Positions 48,854 to 58,588 of a DNA stretch of 64,000 bases are shown piece by piece (position 1 is the first letter of the stretch; every line of letters starts with the position of its first letter). Position numbers and translations under genes: made by a program. The DNA comes from Candidatus Omnitrophota bacterium (GTDB lineage: Bacteria > Omnitrophota > Gorgyraeia > B26-G9), in contig JAZDHZ010000045.1 of assembly GCA_043805415.1 (NCBI GenBank), positions 26,490 to 90,489 on the forward strand, read 5' to 3'. Below the pieces are notes generated by a model. The model did no database searches and had not been told where the DNA came from. It worked only from the letters and a program-made list of their open reading frames with translations.

Positions 48854-48882
48854 TTGACAACCTGCTCATATTATTATAAAAT
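48854..48882 (+). promoter_or_regulatory. sigma70-like promoter (TTGACA, 17 nt spacer, TAAAAT) ending 7 nt before the regulator ATG, implying a leaderless transcript
   Basis: TTGACA at 48854-48859 and TAAAAT at 48877-48882; ATG at 48890; no SD possible. Confidence 0.5.
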
Positions 48883-48889
48883 TAAAATC

Positions 48890-49303
48890 ATGGAAAAAGC
48901 TGTAGCTATACTCAAGCAACATAATATTCGGATTACTCCGCAAAGAATGGGAGTTTATAATATTTTATCCGCGAAAAATAAGCACTTGACTGCAGAAGAT
49001 ATATACAGGAAAATAAAGATTAACTTTCCCGCGATTTCTTTTGCTACTGTTTATACTATTTTAGAATTATATAGTAAAAAGAATCTGCTTAAGGAAATTA
49101 GGATTGATTTTAATAAGTCATGTTTTGATAGCCGAACTGATACGCATCATCATTTTTATTGTAAAAAGTGTTTAAAGATTTATGATATTAATCTGCATCC
49201 TTGTCCGGCATTAAGCGCTAAAGAAGTGGACGGGCATTTAATTCAGGAGCTGCAGGGATATTTTTACGGCATATGTTCTGAATGTAAAGGCGGCAAAATA
49301 TGA
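48890..49303 (+). CDS. Fur-family metalloregulator (PerR/Fur-like)
   Basis: ITPQRMGVYNIL DNA-binding helix, HHHF..C..C and C-terminal CSEC metal-site motifs. Context (peroxide/oxygen detoxification genes downstream) suggests PerR. Confidence 0.7.
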   Translation: MEKAVAILKQHNIRITPQRMGVYNILSAKNKHLTAEDIYRKIKINFPAISFATVYTILELYSKKNLLKEIRIDFNKSCFDSRTDTHHHFYCKKCLKIYDINLHPCPALSAKEVDGHLIQELQGYFYGICSECKGGKI

Positions 49304-50010
49304 AGTTAATCCAGGGCGTACTAACAGTAAAAATTAAGCGAACATCTACTGTGCAAAGTTTTCGTTTTAAATTAGAGGAAAAGCTTGTTTTTGAGCCAGG
49401 TCAATTTTTAAAGATTATTTTTGACCAAAATGATCTGAATAATAAAAAGTTAAATAAGTATCTTTCTTTTTCAGCTTCGCCGGAAAATGATTATATTGAG
49501 GTGACAAAAAGGCTTAGTGAAAGCGATTTTTCTAATGCGCTTAAAGCTTTAAATCCAGGGCACAAGGTGATGATGCAGGGGCCAATGGGCAATTGTGTAT
49601 TTAAGGATGATTATGCGAAAATTGGTTTTTTGGTTGGCGGTATTGGGATAACACCAGTTATTTCAATTATTGAGTATATTGTTCAACGAAAAATAAGTAC
49701 TGATATTGTATTGGTCTATTCAAACCGACACTATGGGGAAATTGCTTTTAAGAAGGAATTAGATAATTGGAAAAAGGAACATAAAGCTTTGAATATTATC
49801 TACACTTTAACTGATTGCTTACCTGAGGATAATTTGTGTATTCATGGACAGATAGATAAAAAATTAATCCAAGCGCGGGTAAAAGATCTCACGGACAGAA
49901 GACTGTTTATTTACGGACCGCCAGTAATGGTTGAGTCTATGAAACAAATATGTATTGAATCTGGATGCGTCCAAGAGCTGGTCAAAGCGGAAAATTTTGT
50001 AGGGTATTAA
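49300..50010 (+). CDS. FNR-like FAD/NAD(P)-binding oxidoreductase module
   Basis: KYLSFSAS (RxYS-type FAD site) and GGIGITP nucleotide-binding motif; no Fe-S domain; ATGA-coupled to the regulator gene. Confidence 0.55.
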   Translation: MKLIQGVLTVKIKRTSTVQSFRFKLEEKLVFEPGQFLKIIFDQNDLNNKKLNKYLSFSASPENDYIEVTKRLSESDFSNALKALNPGHKVMMQGPMGNCVFKDDYAKIGFLVGGIGITPVISIIEYIVQRKISTDIVLVYSNRHYGEIAFKKELDNWKKEHKALNIIYTLTDCLPEDNLCIHGQIDKKLIQARVKDLTDRRLFIYGPPVMVESMKQICIESGCVQELVKAENFVGY

Positions 50011-50073
50011 ATTTAAGTGAAGAAAATAATAATCGTCTTGGAATAAGGCACAAATGATCTAGGAGGGGTAATT

Positions 50074-50580
50074 ATGCATGATATGACAGAGCAGAATTTA
50101 AAGGCAGCATTTGCCGGAGAATCAATGGCGCATATGAAATATTTGGTATTTGCTGATAAAGCAAAAAAAGAAGGCAAACCTAATGTCGCGCGTTTATTCC
50201 AAGCGATTGCTTATGCGGAACGTGTGCACGCGACAAATCATTTAAAAGTACTCTCAGGTATTGGAACAACTGAAGAAAATCTTCAGAAAGCGCAAGACGG
50301 CGAACATTTTGAGGTTGAAGAAATGTATCCTGCTTATAATGATGAGGCGGAAAGGCAGGGAGAAAAAGAAGCAGCTAGATCAACGCGCTATGCGCTAGAA
50401 GCAGAAAAGATTCATGAACAGATGTATAAAAATGCAAAAAAGACAGTTTCTACAGGCAAGGACATTGAATTAGCAGATGTTTTGATTTGTTCTATTTGCG
50501 GTTATACGGTTGAAGGGGAATCTTTGGATTTTTGTCCGATTTGCGGTGCGAAAAAAGAAGTATTTAAAAAATTTGCTTAA
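50074..50580 (+). CDS. rbr: rubrerythrin
   Basis: N-terminal diiron four-helix bundle (E..H motifs) and C-terminal rubredoxin-like CSICGY...CPICGA. Confidence 0.85.
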   Translation: MHDMTEQNLKAAFAGESMAHMKYLVFADKAKKEGKPNVARLFQAIAYAERVHATNHLKVLSGIGTTEENLQKAQDGEHFEVEEMYPAYNDEAERQGEKEAARSTRYALEAEKIHEQMYKNAKKTVSTGKDIELADVLICSICGYTVEGESLDFCPICGAKKEVFKKFA

Positions 50581-50623
50581 TAAGCTAAGAATAGTTAGAA
50601 TATAAATTAAATAAGGAGTTATT

Positions 50624-50800
50624 ATGAGTCCTGTAGAAGCTTTGCAATTGGCTTTAGGAAGAGAAACTGAAGCGCATGATCTTTATCTCAGACTTGCGCG
50701 GGAACATCCTAATTTAAAAGATTTGTTTGAGTCTTTGGTGATCGAAGAAGATAAACATAAAAAGCTGTTAGAAAAGAAAATTCTTGAACTTACGACTTGA
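50624..50800 (+). CDS. small (58 aa) ferritin/rubrerythrin-like helical protein
   Basis: ORF below the six-frame track cutoff: MSPVEALQLALGRETEAHDLYLRLAREHPNLKDLFESLVIEEDKHKKLLEKKILELTT, with AAGGAG SD 7 nt upstream. E..H-type half-motifs present. Confidence 0.4.
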   Translation: MSPVEALQLALGRETEAHDLYLRLAREHPNLKDLFESLVIEEDKHKKLLEKKILELTT

Positions 50801-50819
50801 ATTGTTATGAGGAGGATAT

Positions 50820-51137
50820 ATGGCTTTACAGTTAAATTCAGATAATTTTGAGCAAGAAGTATTAAACTCAGATTTGCCGGTTATGGTTGATTTTTGGGCG
50901 CAGTGGTGTGCTCCTTGCCGAATGCTGACTCCAACCATAGAGGCTTTGGCAAAAGAATATCAAGGGAAAATTAAAGTTTGCAAGCTTAATGTTGATGATG
51001 CGCAGGATATTGCCGCTAAATATCAGGTTATGAGCATTCCGACAATACTTTTATTTAATAAAGGTAAAGTTGTCAGCCAGACAGTTGGCGCTGTGCCCAA
51101 AGAAACTCTCGCAGCAGTAATGAAACCGTATATTTAA
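50820..51137 (+). CDS. trxA: thioredoxin
   Basis: WCAPC active site; 105 aa. Confidence 0.85.
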   Translation: MALQLNSDNFEQEVLNSDLPVMVDFWAQWCAPCRMLTPTIEALAKEYQGKIKVCKLNVDDAQDIAAKYQVMSIPTILLFNKGKVVSQTVGAVPKETLAAVMKPYI

Positions 51138-51164
51138 GATATAACTTTAAGGAGGATATAGAAA

Positions 51165-51302
51165 ATGAAAAAATATAGATGTATTGTGTGCGGTTATGTG
51201 TATGACCCAGCTGAGAATAATAATGTTGCTTTTGCTGATCTCGCAGATGATTGGGTTTGTCCTGATTGCGGAGTAGGCAAAGATCAATTTGAAGAAGCTT
51301 GA
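51165..51302 (+). CDS. rub: rubredoxin
   Basis: 45-aa ORF below the track cutoff: [10 protein letters not shown]...DWVCPDCG, with AAGGAGG SD upstream. Confidence 0.8.
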   Translation: MKKYRCIVCGYVYDPAENNNVAFADLADDWVCPDCGVGKDQFEEA

Positions 51303-51349
51303 TTAAGACAATAAGAACAAAAAAGTATCAACTATATTAGGACAAGACA

Positions 51350-52546
51350 ATGCATAAGATCAGAGATGATATATATTGGACAGGGTATATTGACTGGGAT
51401 TTGAGAAATTTTCATGGTTATTCTACGCCGTCTGGTTCTACTTATAATGCTTATTTGATTATGGACGAAAAACCAACCTTAATCGATACAGTTAAGCATT
51501 ACGGCTATAATGAGATGCTTTCGCGGATTAAGCAAATAATTGATCCAGCGAAGATTCAATATATTATTTCAAATCACACGGAAATGGACCACTCCGGAAC
51601 AATCGGGGAGCTGCTTAAAATTTGCCCGAATGCGCAAATTGTTTGTTCGCCAAAAGGAGCCGAGGGCCTGAAAAGGCATTTTCTCAATTCCGGACATTCT
51701 GATATTGAATGGAAATTTAAAGTAGTAAATACCGGAGATGAACTCAATATTGGAAAAAGAAAGCTGAAATTTCTGCTCATGCCTATGGTTCATTGGCCTG
51801 ACTCAATGGCAACTTATTCAATCAATGATAAAATCCTGTTTCCAAATGATGCCTTTGGCCAGCATCTTGCCAGTCATGAGCGTTTTGTTGATCAGGTTGG
51901 GGTTGATATTGTATTAAAAGAAGCGGCAAAGTATTATGCGAATATTGTTATGCCTTATGGCGCGCAGGTAGTTAAAGTATTAGAGGCTGTGGCGGCTTTA
52001 AAAATAGATATGATTTGTCCGTCACATGGTTTGATCTGGAGAACAGCGCAAGACATTGCTAAAATCATTAGTTATTACAAAAAATGGGCAGCTTATGAAT
52101 CGAATAAACAGGTTGTGATTGTTTATGATACTATGTGGCATTCAACCGAAAAAATGGCTTTAAAATTATATGAACTGATTGATCAGGCTCAAATACCGGT
52201 AAAAATTATTAATTTAAAAATAACCGATTATTCCGACGCGGTTACTGATATTATGAATTCTAAAATAGTTATTCTCGGCAGCGCGATTTTAAATAATCAG
52301 ATCCTGCCCAGTCTCGGCGGTTTTTTGACTTATTTAAAAGGCTTGAAACCAAAGAACAGGTTTGGAGTAACCTTTGGATCATATGGCTGGTCAAAAGTTG
52401 GGTTTAAATCCTTGGAAGATGCTTTGGACGAATGCGGGATAAAAAGCATCACAGAAGGCCGATATCTGCAATTTGTGCCTTCTGATAATGAGCTTGCAAG
52501 TTTAGAACAGATTGTTGAGCCAATTAAAAAAGCTTTGGGAATATAA
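51350..52546 (+). CDS. flavodiiron protein (rubredoxin:oxygen/NO oxidoreductase, FprA/ROO type)
   Basis: Metallo-beta-lactamase-like N-domain with HxExDH-type motif (HTEMDHSG) and a C-terminal flavodoxin-like domain; 398 aa. Confidence 0.8.
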   Translation: MHKIRDDIYWTGYIDWDLRNFHGYSTPSGSTYNAYLIMDEKPTLIDTVKHYGYNEMLSRIKQIIDPAKIQYIISNHTEMDHSGTIGELLKICPNAQIVCSPKGAEGLKRHFLNSGHSDIEWKFKVVNTGDELNIGKRKLKFLLMPMVHWPDSMATYSINDKILFPNDAFGQHLASHERFVDQVGVDIVLKEAAKYYANIVMPYGAQVVKVLEAVAALKIDMICPSHGLIWRTAQDIAKIISYYKKWAAYESNKQVVIVYDTMWHSTEKMALKLYELIDQAQIPVKIINLKITDYSDAVTDIMNSKIVILGSAILNNQILPSLGGFLTYLKGLKPKNRFGVTFGSYGWSKVGFKSLEDALDECGIKSITEGRYLQFVPSDNELASLEQIVEPIKKALGI

Positions 52547-52555
52547 GGAGTTTTT

Positions 52556-53041
52556 ATGGAAGCAAAGTGGAGTCCTCAGGAAATTTTAAAAATCGCGATA
52601 AAAGTAGAACTTAATGGACAGCAGTTATACTCATGTTTAGAATCAGATAGTGAAGATATAAAAATAAAGCAGATCTGGAATTTCTTAAAGCAGCAGGAAA
52701 TAGTTCATCGTCAGATATTTGAAGATATGCTGGCTAAAGACGGCAGCTTGATAGTTCATGAATTCGGCACAGGCGAATATGACGCTTATATGAAGGCTAT
52801 TGCTTCAGAATATATTATTACGCTGAAAATAATAGAGGAGAAACTTAAGACAAAGTTCGCGTCTGATTTAGCAGCAGTTGATTTTGCTCTGAGCATAGAA
52901 AAAGAATCAGTTTTAGTTTATACTGCTTTGAAAAACTATGTAACTGAAGATAAACAGCATATTTTAGACAAGATCATTGATGAAGAAAAAAAACATATAG
53001 TTCAGTTGATAAAGCTGAAACGGCTTGTAAAAAAGCAATAG
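52556..53041 (+). CDS. erythrin/rubrerythrin-like diiron four-helix-bundle protein without a rubredoxin domain
   Basis: Two E-x-x-H motifs (EIVHRQ, EEKKHIV) in a ferritin-like helical context; 161 aa. Confidence 0.45.
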   Translation: MEAKWSPQEILKIAIKVELNGQQLYSCLESDSEDIKIKQIWNFLKQQEIVHRQIFEDMLAKDGSLIVHEFGTGEYDAYMKAIASEYIITLKIIEEKLKTKFASDLAAVDFALSIEKESVLVYTALKNYVTEDKQHILDKIIDEEKKHIVQLIKLKRLVKKQ

Positions 53042-53083
53042 AATTTATATCAAAAAACAGTATTTTAGAAAAGGAGTAAGTAC

Positions 53084-53311
53084 ATGGAAATAAAAATTTA
53101 TTCTACTCCGACATGTCCGTATTGCACAATGGCAAAGCAGTACATTTCTTCTAAGGGTTTATCATATCAAAATATAGATGTTTCAGCTGATCAGGCTAAA
53201 ACTCAGGAGATGATCAAGCTGAGCGGTCAGATGGGAGTTCCGGTAATAGTAATAAATGGAACTGTGATTACTGGTTTTGATAAACCTAAAATCGACGCTT
53301 TAACAAAATGA
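53084..53311 (+). CDS. glutaredoxin-like protein (NrdH/Grx family)
   Basis: CPYC active site in a 75-aa thioredoxin fold (IYSTPTCPYCTMAKQY). Confidence 0.65.
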   Translation: MEIKIYSTPTCPYCTMAKQYISSKGLSYQNIDVSADQAKTQEMIKLSGQMGVPVIVINGTVITGFDKPKIDALTK

Positions 53312-53409
53312 GAACAAAAGATAAAAATATTTTATTGATAAATTAAATTAGAATATTGTAATACTTTAATATGTTTCACTGTTTATTTTTAATAATATAG
53401 GCAGGTTAT

Positions 53410-53718
53410 ATGACGCTTTCTATGTATGAAAAAATCGCGGGAATGCTTAAAATTATTGCTCACCCTTGCCGCTTGCGGATTATTGATATTTTAAAAAAAG
53501 GGGAAATGGGCGTTTCCCGGATCCAGTCTCAGCTTAACTGCAAACAGTCAGTGACGTCGCAGCATTTAAATAAAATGAAAAATAGAGGGGTTTTGCAGGC
53601 ACGCCGCAGCGGAAATGAAGTATTTTATGCTATTGCCAATTTTGAAGTTTTAAGGATCATGAAGTGTTTAAAGGATTGTCCGCATTCTAAAAGGAGGGAT
53701 AAATGTTTAAAAAGCTGA
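53410..53718 (+). CDS. ArsR/SmtB-family transcriptional regulator
   Basis: Winged-HTH signature (HPCRLRIIDILKKGEMGVSRIQSQLNCKQSVTSQHLNKM); overlaps the MMPL gene by 16 nt. Confidence 0.7.
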   Translation: MTLSMYEKIAGMLKIIAHPCRLRIIDILKKGEMGVSRIQSQLNCKQSVTSQHLNKMKNRGVLQARRSGNEVFYAIANFEVLRIMKCLKDCPHSKRRDKCLKS

Positions 53719-56231
53719 TAGAGTTTTCTTTTCATAAGCCGAAGATAATAATGTCGCTGGTATTGTTAATGGTAGTTCTATCGTTAATTCAGTTTCCCCG
53801 GATAAAAGTCGATACTGATCCTGAGAATATGCTTTCGGAAAATGAGTTTGTCCGGACTTTTAATCATCAGGTTAAAAAGGAATTCGCGATATATGATTTT
53901 ATTGTTTTGGGGGTTGTAAATGACCAAAACGAAAACGGGGTATTTAATGTTGAAACGCTCAATAAAATATACGGGATTACAGAAAAAATCAAAGCGATTG
54001 ACGGGGTGATTGGCAGGGAGATTATTGCTCTTTCCACCAAAGATAATATCCGCCAGGGAGGGGTTGGTACAGTTGTTTTTGAATGGCTGATGAAAGAACC
54101 GATTACTGCGCAAGATCAGGCGAATTTTATTCGCGATGAAGCCCGGGATAATCCGATGTTTAATGGAACAATTGTTTCCGAAGATGGAAAAGCTGTATGT
54201 GTGTATATACCAATCGCCCGAAAGGATATTAGTTATCGAGTATCGCGGGAAATATTCAGGATTACAAAAGATCTTAAAGGAAAGGAGAACTATTATATAA
54301 CCGGTTTGCCGGTTGCCGAAGATACTTTTGGCATTGAAATGTTTAAACAAATGGCTATGTCCGCTCCTTTAGCTGGTCTGGTTATATTTCTTCTGATGTG
54401 GATGTTTTTTAAAAGCATACGCTTAATTATTTCTCCGATGCTGCTTGCCATCGCAACTGTGCTTAGCACAATGGGATTATTAATCGGCTTTGGTTTTCCT
54501 GTTCATATTATGAGCTCAATGATTCCCATATTCTTAATGCCGATTGCCGTGCTTGATTCCGTGCATATTCTAAGTGAGTTTTTTGATAAGTACAAAATTA
54601 TCGGCAATAAACAAGAAACAATGTTTGCGGTTATGGATGAACTGTTTACGCCCATGCTATATACATCTTTGACCTCAGCAGTAGGATTTTTCTCGCTTTC
54701 TTTTTCTCCGATTCCACCAGTACAGGCATTTGGCGTGTTTGTTGCCTGCGGGGTAATGATTGCTTGGGTATTAACAATTACTTTTATCCCTGCGTATATT
54801 TCCCTGATGGATGAAAAGTTTTTTGTTAAGATTGGCTCAGGAGATGCTCTAAAAAAAGAAGAAGTCCATCACGGACTTATTGATGTGATTCTTACTAAAA
54901 TACAGAAAATTTCAATTTTTCATTGCAAAACGGTATTAATGTTAAGTATTATTGTGGTTATTTTATCGATTTATGGAATTTCTAAAATTAGTGTAAATGA
55001 TAATCCTGTACGCTGGTTTGATAAGAATCACAATATTAGAGTTTCTGATAGAATATTGAACAAGCATTTTGCCGGAACCTATACCGCCTATCTTGTATTA
55101 GATGCGCGCAATAAAGATGATCAGGTATTTATTGAACCGGAAATGCTTAAATATGTTGAAGGCTTGCAGAAATATCTTTTAGCCAAAGGCATGGTTGGTA
55201 AATCCACAGCCTTGCCTGATGTTGTTAAAAAAGTATACAGTGAACTTTTAGGCGGAGATAAAACAAATTATGTGATTCCAGAGACTAAACGGGCAATAGC
55301 TCAGTGCTTAATATCTTATGAGAATTCGCATAAGCCTGATGATCTATGGCATATGACAACACCTGATTATAGTAAAGTCAATATCTGGATACAGTTAAAA
55401 AGCGGAGATAATAAGGACATGTCAGTTGTGCTTAAGCAGGTAGACGAGTATATAAAAAGCACAACGCCGCCTTTTAAGATGGAATATAATTGGGCAGGCT
55501 TAACCTATATTAATGTTATCTGGCAGAACAAAATGGTTAGCGGAATGCTGATAAACTTTTTAGGGAGTTTCATCATTGTATTTTTTATGATGACTTTTTT
55601 GTTTGGCTCGCCTGTATTAGGCATGATTTCCATGATTCCTTTAACAATAACAATATTGCTGATTTATAGTTTGCTTGGATTTATGGGAAAAGATTATGAT
55701 ATGCCGGTGGCAGTGTTGTCGGCTTTAACCCTTGGCTTATCAATTGATTTCGCGATTCATTTTATTCAAAGAGCAAGAGATATTTTTGCCGAAAATAACA
55801 GTTGGCCTGAAACTTCCAAGGAAATGTTTCAAGGTCCGGCAAGGGCAATCAGTCGCAATGCCTTGGTTATTGCGCTTGGATTTTTACCATTGCTTTTCGC
55901 GCCGCTTATTCCTTATCGCACAGTAGGGTTTTTTATGTTTGCCATAATGCTTGTTTCCAGCATAGCAACGCTTTTTATCTTACCGGCGATTATGAGTTTA
56001 TTTAAAGAAGTATTGTTTGTAGAACAAAAGAGAAGTTTGATTTGCAACTGTAGATATTGTGTTATTATTAGCATGGCAGCTTCAGTGACAGTTATCTATA
56101 TATTACGCGGATATACTTTGATTAGCTGGGGTCCGACAATATTTATTGCGATTGCCGTTATGGCAATCATGTCAGCGGTTTGTTCACAAGTTGGTAAACA
56201 TAAATTCTGTATTATTGATAAAGGGAAATAA
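53703..56231 (+). CDS. MMPL/RND-superfamily transporter (HpnN-like)
   Basis: 842 aa; two 6-TM bundles, each followed by a large periplasmic loop; sterol-sensing-like TM motifs. Confidence 0.7.
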   Translation: MFKKLIEFSFHKPKIIMSLVLLMVVLSLIQFPRIKVDTDPENMLSENEFVRTFNHQVKKEFAIYDFIVLGVVNDQNENGVFNVETLNKIYGITEKIKAIDGVIGREIIALSTKDNIRQGGVGTVVFEWLMKEPITAQDQANFIRDEARDNPMFNGTIVSEDGKAVCVYIPIARKDISYRVSREIFRITKDLKGKENYYITGLPVAEDTFGIEMFKQMAMSAPLAGLVIFLLMWMFFKSIRLIISPMLLAIATVLSTMGLLIGFGFPVHIMSSMIPIFLMPIAVLDSVHILSEFFDKYKIIGNKQETMFAVMDELFTPMLYTSLTSAVGFFSLSFSPIPPVQAFGVFVACGVMIAWVLTITFIPAYISLMDEKFFVKIGSGDALKKEEVHHGLIDVILTKIQKISIFHCKTVLMLSIIVVILSIYGISKISVNDNPVRWFDKNHNIRVSDRILNKHFAGTYTAYLVLDARNKDDQVFIEPEMLKYVEGLQKYLLAKGMVGKSTALPDVVKKVYSELLGGDKTNYVIPETKRAIAQCLISYENSHKPDDLWHMTTPDYSKVNIWIQLKSGDNKDMSVVLKQVDEYIKSTTPPFKMEYNWAGLTYINVIWQNKMVSGMLINFLGSFIIVFFMMTFLFGSPVLGMISMIPLTITILLIYSLLGFMGKDYDMPVAVLSALTLGLSIDFAIHFIQRARDIFAENNSWPETSKEMFQGPARAISRNALVIALGFLPLLFAPLIPYRTVGFFMFAIMLVSSIATLFILPAIMSLFKEVLFVEQKRSLICNCRYCVIISMAASVTVIYILRGYTLISWGPTIFIAIAVMAIMSAVCSQVGKHKFCIIDKGK

Positions 56232-56246
56232 TGAGGAGGGGAAGCA

Positions 56247-57035
56247 ATGAAGAAGTATATGATATGTTTAATGGTTGCCAGCGCGGTTTTTTTATTCAGC
56301 CAGAATGTTTCGGCACAAACCGTAGACGAAATCATTACCAAAGCTAATCTGGCCGCGTATTATTCCGGCAACGACGGGCGCTCTCAAGTAACAATGACCA
56401 TTACTGATGCTCAAAACAGAATGCGCAAGCGTGTTTTTCAGATCCTGCGCCTGGATGTTGAGGATGGTGGCCAGCAAAAATATTATGTTTATTTTAGCCA
56501 GCCGGCTGATGTCCAGGATATGGTTTACATGGTATGGAAATATATTGATAAAGATGATGACCGCTGGATGTATCTGCCGGCACTTGATTTAGTGCGCAGA
56601 ATAGCTGCTACTGATAAGCGCTCAAGTTTTGTAGGTAGCAATTTTGTTTATGAAGATATATCAGGCAGAAATCTTGATCTGGATGTGCATGAACTATTAG
56701 ATAGTCCGGCTGATGTGTATATTATTAAAAACACGCCAAAAGATGCAAATGCAGTTGAATTTTCCTACTACATGATATCAATAAGAAAGGATAACTTTTT
56801 ACCAGTAAAAGCCGAGTATTTCAATAAACAGGGCAAGGTAAGCCGGATTGTGGAAGCATTAGAAATCAAGGAAATCCAAGGACATCCTAGTGTGACTAAA
56901 TCAAAGGCAGTTGATTTAGAAAACAATTCAAATACAGTAATAGAATTTTCTGGAATTACTTATGATATTGGTTTGGAAGATAGTATTTTTTCCGAAAGAT
57001 ACTTAAGGAGGCCTCCGCGTAAATGGTTAGATTAA
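56247..57035 (+). CDS. outer-membrane lipoprotein-sorting (LolA-like) family protein
   Basis: Signal peptide; 262 aa; typical partner of MMPL transporters; overlaps the next gene by 13 nt. Confidence 0.45.
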   Translation: MKKYMICLMVASAVFLFSQNVSAQTVDEIITKANLAAYYSGNDGRSQVTMTITDAQNRMRKRVFQILRLDVEDGGQQKYYVYFSQPADVQDMVYMVWKYIDKDDDRWMYLPALDLVRRIAATDKRSSFVGSNFVYEDISGRNLDLDVHELLDSPADVYIIKNTPKDANAVEFSYYMISIRKDNFLPVKAEYFNKQGKVSRIVEALEIKEIQGHPSVTKSKAVDLENNSNTVIEFSGITYDIGLEDSIFSERYLRRPPRKWLD

Positions 57036-58324
57036 TATCAATTATTATTATTGCTGGATTGCTTTGTTTGCTTGGAGTAGGTTCTAGTTTTGCCGCAGTT
57101 CAATTAGGACAAAATGGTTTGACGATAAATGGATTTATTGAGAATGATTTTGGCTTAAAAATCAGCAATGATCAGACTAAAAGGGATAATTTTAATTTTT
57201 TTGAACAAAGGCTGCAGCTTAAAACAAAAACTTATCCTGAATGGATTCCTTTGTTTGAGCAGTGGATGGCAAGTGTTGAGGCAAAAGCAGATTTTACTAT
57301 AGATGAATATTACAATGGTAGGACAGGTGCTGATCTTAGAGTCCTCAGTCTCGGTCTTGCGCCTGCAGATTGGGTGGATCTAAAAATCGGCCGTCAGGTT
57401 TTTACCTGGGGCACTGGTGATTATTTATTTGTTAATGACTTATTTCCTAAAGATTATGTTTCTTTTTATATTGGACGGGAAGATGAATATCTAAAGAAAC
57501 CAAATGACGGAATAAAGGCTTCTCTGTATTCAGATATGGGGAATACTGATTTTATTTTAATTCCAGTATTTGAGCCAAATACCTTGTTTAATGGCCAAAG
57601 GATATCTTTTTTTGATTCTTTTCAAGGCGGTATAGCTGGAACTAATTCCGACCGGCAGCTTATTAGTCCAACAAAAAATCCGGAAAATTCAGAATACGCA
57701 TTTAGATTTTATCGTAATTTTGAAAGCTATGAAGCGGCAGCATATATTTTTAGAGGCCATTATCCTTCGCCGCGGGGGTATCTAAATGAAATAAACCGAG
57801 AGCTTTTTTATCCCAGGCTTGATGTTTATGGTCTGAGTCTTCGCGGTCCAGGAGCAGGAGGAATAGTTAACGCGGAGACGGGTTACTATAATTCTCGGCA
57901 AGACGCAAAAGGCGATAACCGCTTAATCGAAAATCCAATGTTTAAGTTCTTAGCCGGATATTCAAAAGACTTGGGCAATGATCTAAGCCTGGGAGTGCAG
58001 TATTTGTTCGAGCAAACCCTGGAATATGATAATTACAGCAATGCATTGCTGCCTGCTGACTTTGTCTGGGATCAATATCGACATTTAAACACATTGCGCA
58101 TAACCAAGCTGTATAAAAGCCAGACACTAAGAGCTAATCTGTTTGTTTTCTTTTCGCCTTCAGATTTAGATGGATATATCAGGCCTTCGATTGATTACGA
58201 TATGAGTGATGGTTTAAAATTAACCCTTGGGGCAAATCTTCCCTGGGGAGAGGATATACAGACAGAATTTGGGCAAACCAAGCATAATAAAAATATTTAT
58301 ACTAGGATAAGATATAGTTTTTAA
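57023..58324 (+). CDS. putative outer-membrane beta-barrel protein (DUF1302-like)
   Basis: Signal peptide, alternating beta-strand pattern, and a C-terminal aromatic residue (…IRYSF). Confidence 0.4.
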   Translation: MVRLISIIIIAGLLCLLGVGSSFAAVQLGQNGLTINGFIENDFGLKISNDQTKRDNFNFFEQRLQLKTKTYPEWIPLFEQWMASVEAKADFTIDEYYNGRTGADLRVLSLGLAPADWVDLKIGRQVFTWGTGDYLFVNDLFPKDYVSFYIGREDEYLKKPNDGIKASLYSDMGNTDFILIPVFEPNTLFNGQRISFFDSFQGGIAGTNSDRQLISPTKNPENSEYAFRFYRNFESYEAAAYIFRGHYPSPRGYLNEINRELFYPRLDVYGLSLRGPGAGGIVNAETGYYNSRQDAKGDNRLIENPMFKFLAGYSKDLGNDLSLGVQYLFEQTLEYDNYSNALLPADFVWDQYRHLNTLRITKLYKSQTLRANLFVFFSPSDLDGYIRPSIDYDMSDGLKLTLGANLPWGEDIQTEFGQTKHNKNIYTRIRYSF

Positions 58325-58338
58325 AAAGGGAGGAAATT

Positions 58339-58539
58339 ATGAAGCAGTTAAGAATAGAAGAAGCGGTTAGGATGTTTGCCGGGAGTATGGTTTTAATATC
58401 AGCAGCTTTAGTTTTTTTTGTAAGTAAATGGTGGCTGCTATTAACAGTTTTTATTGGAGTTAATCTTATTCAGTCGGCTTTAACTGGTTTTTGTCTGCCT
58501 GAAATAGTTTTTAAGAAGATGGGATTAAACTATAAATAA
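58339..58539 (+). CDS. DUF2892 (YgaP-like) small membrane protein
   Basis: 66 aa with hydrophobic helices and a GxCxP-type motif (LTGFCLPEIV). Confidence 0.5.
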   Translation: MKQLRIEEAVRMFAGSMVLISAALVFFVSKWWLLLTVFIGVNLIQSALTGFCLPEIVFKKMGLNYK

Positions 58540-58588
58540 AATAGAGCAAAGCTTAGATTTAAAATGGAATTGCTTTGAAATTTTAATA

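Noticed and set aside
58540-58588. Terminator between convergent DUF2892 and Cys-rich genes
   Set aside because: Only a 6-bp stem (CAAAGC/GCTTTG) with a 19-nt loop and a short T-run. It is too weak to call.
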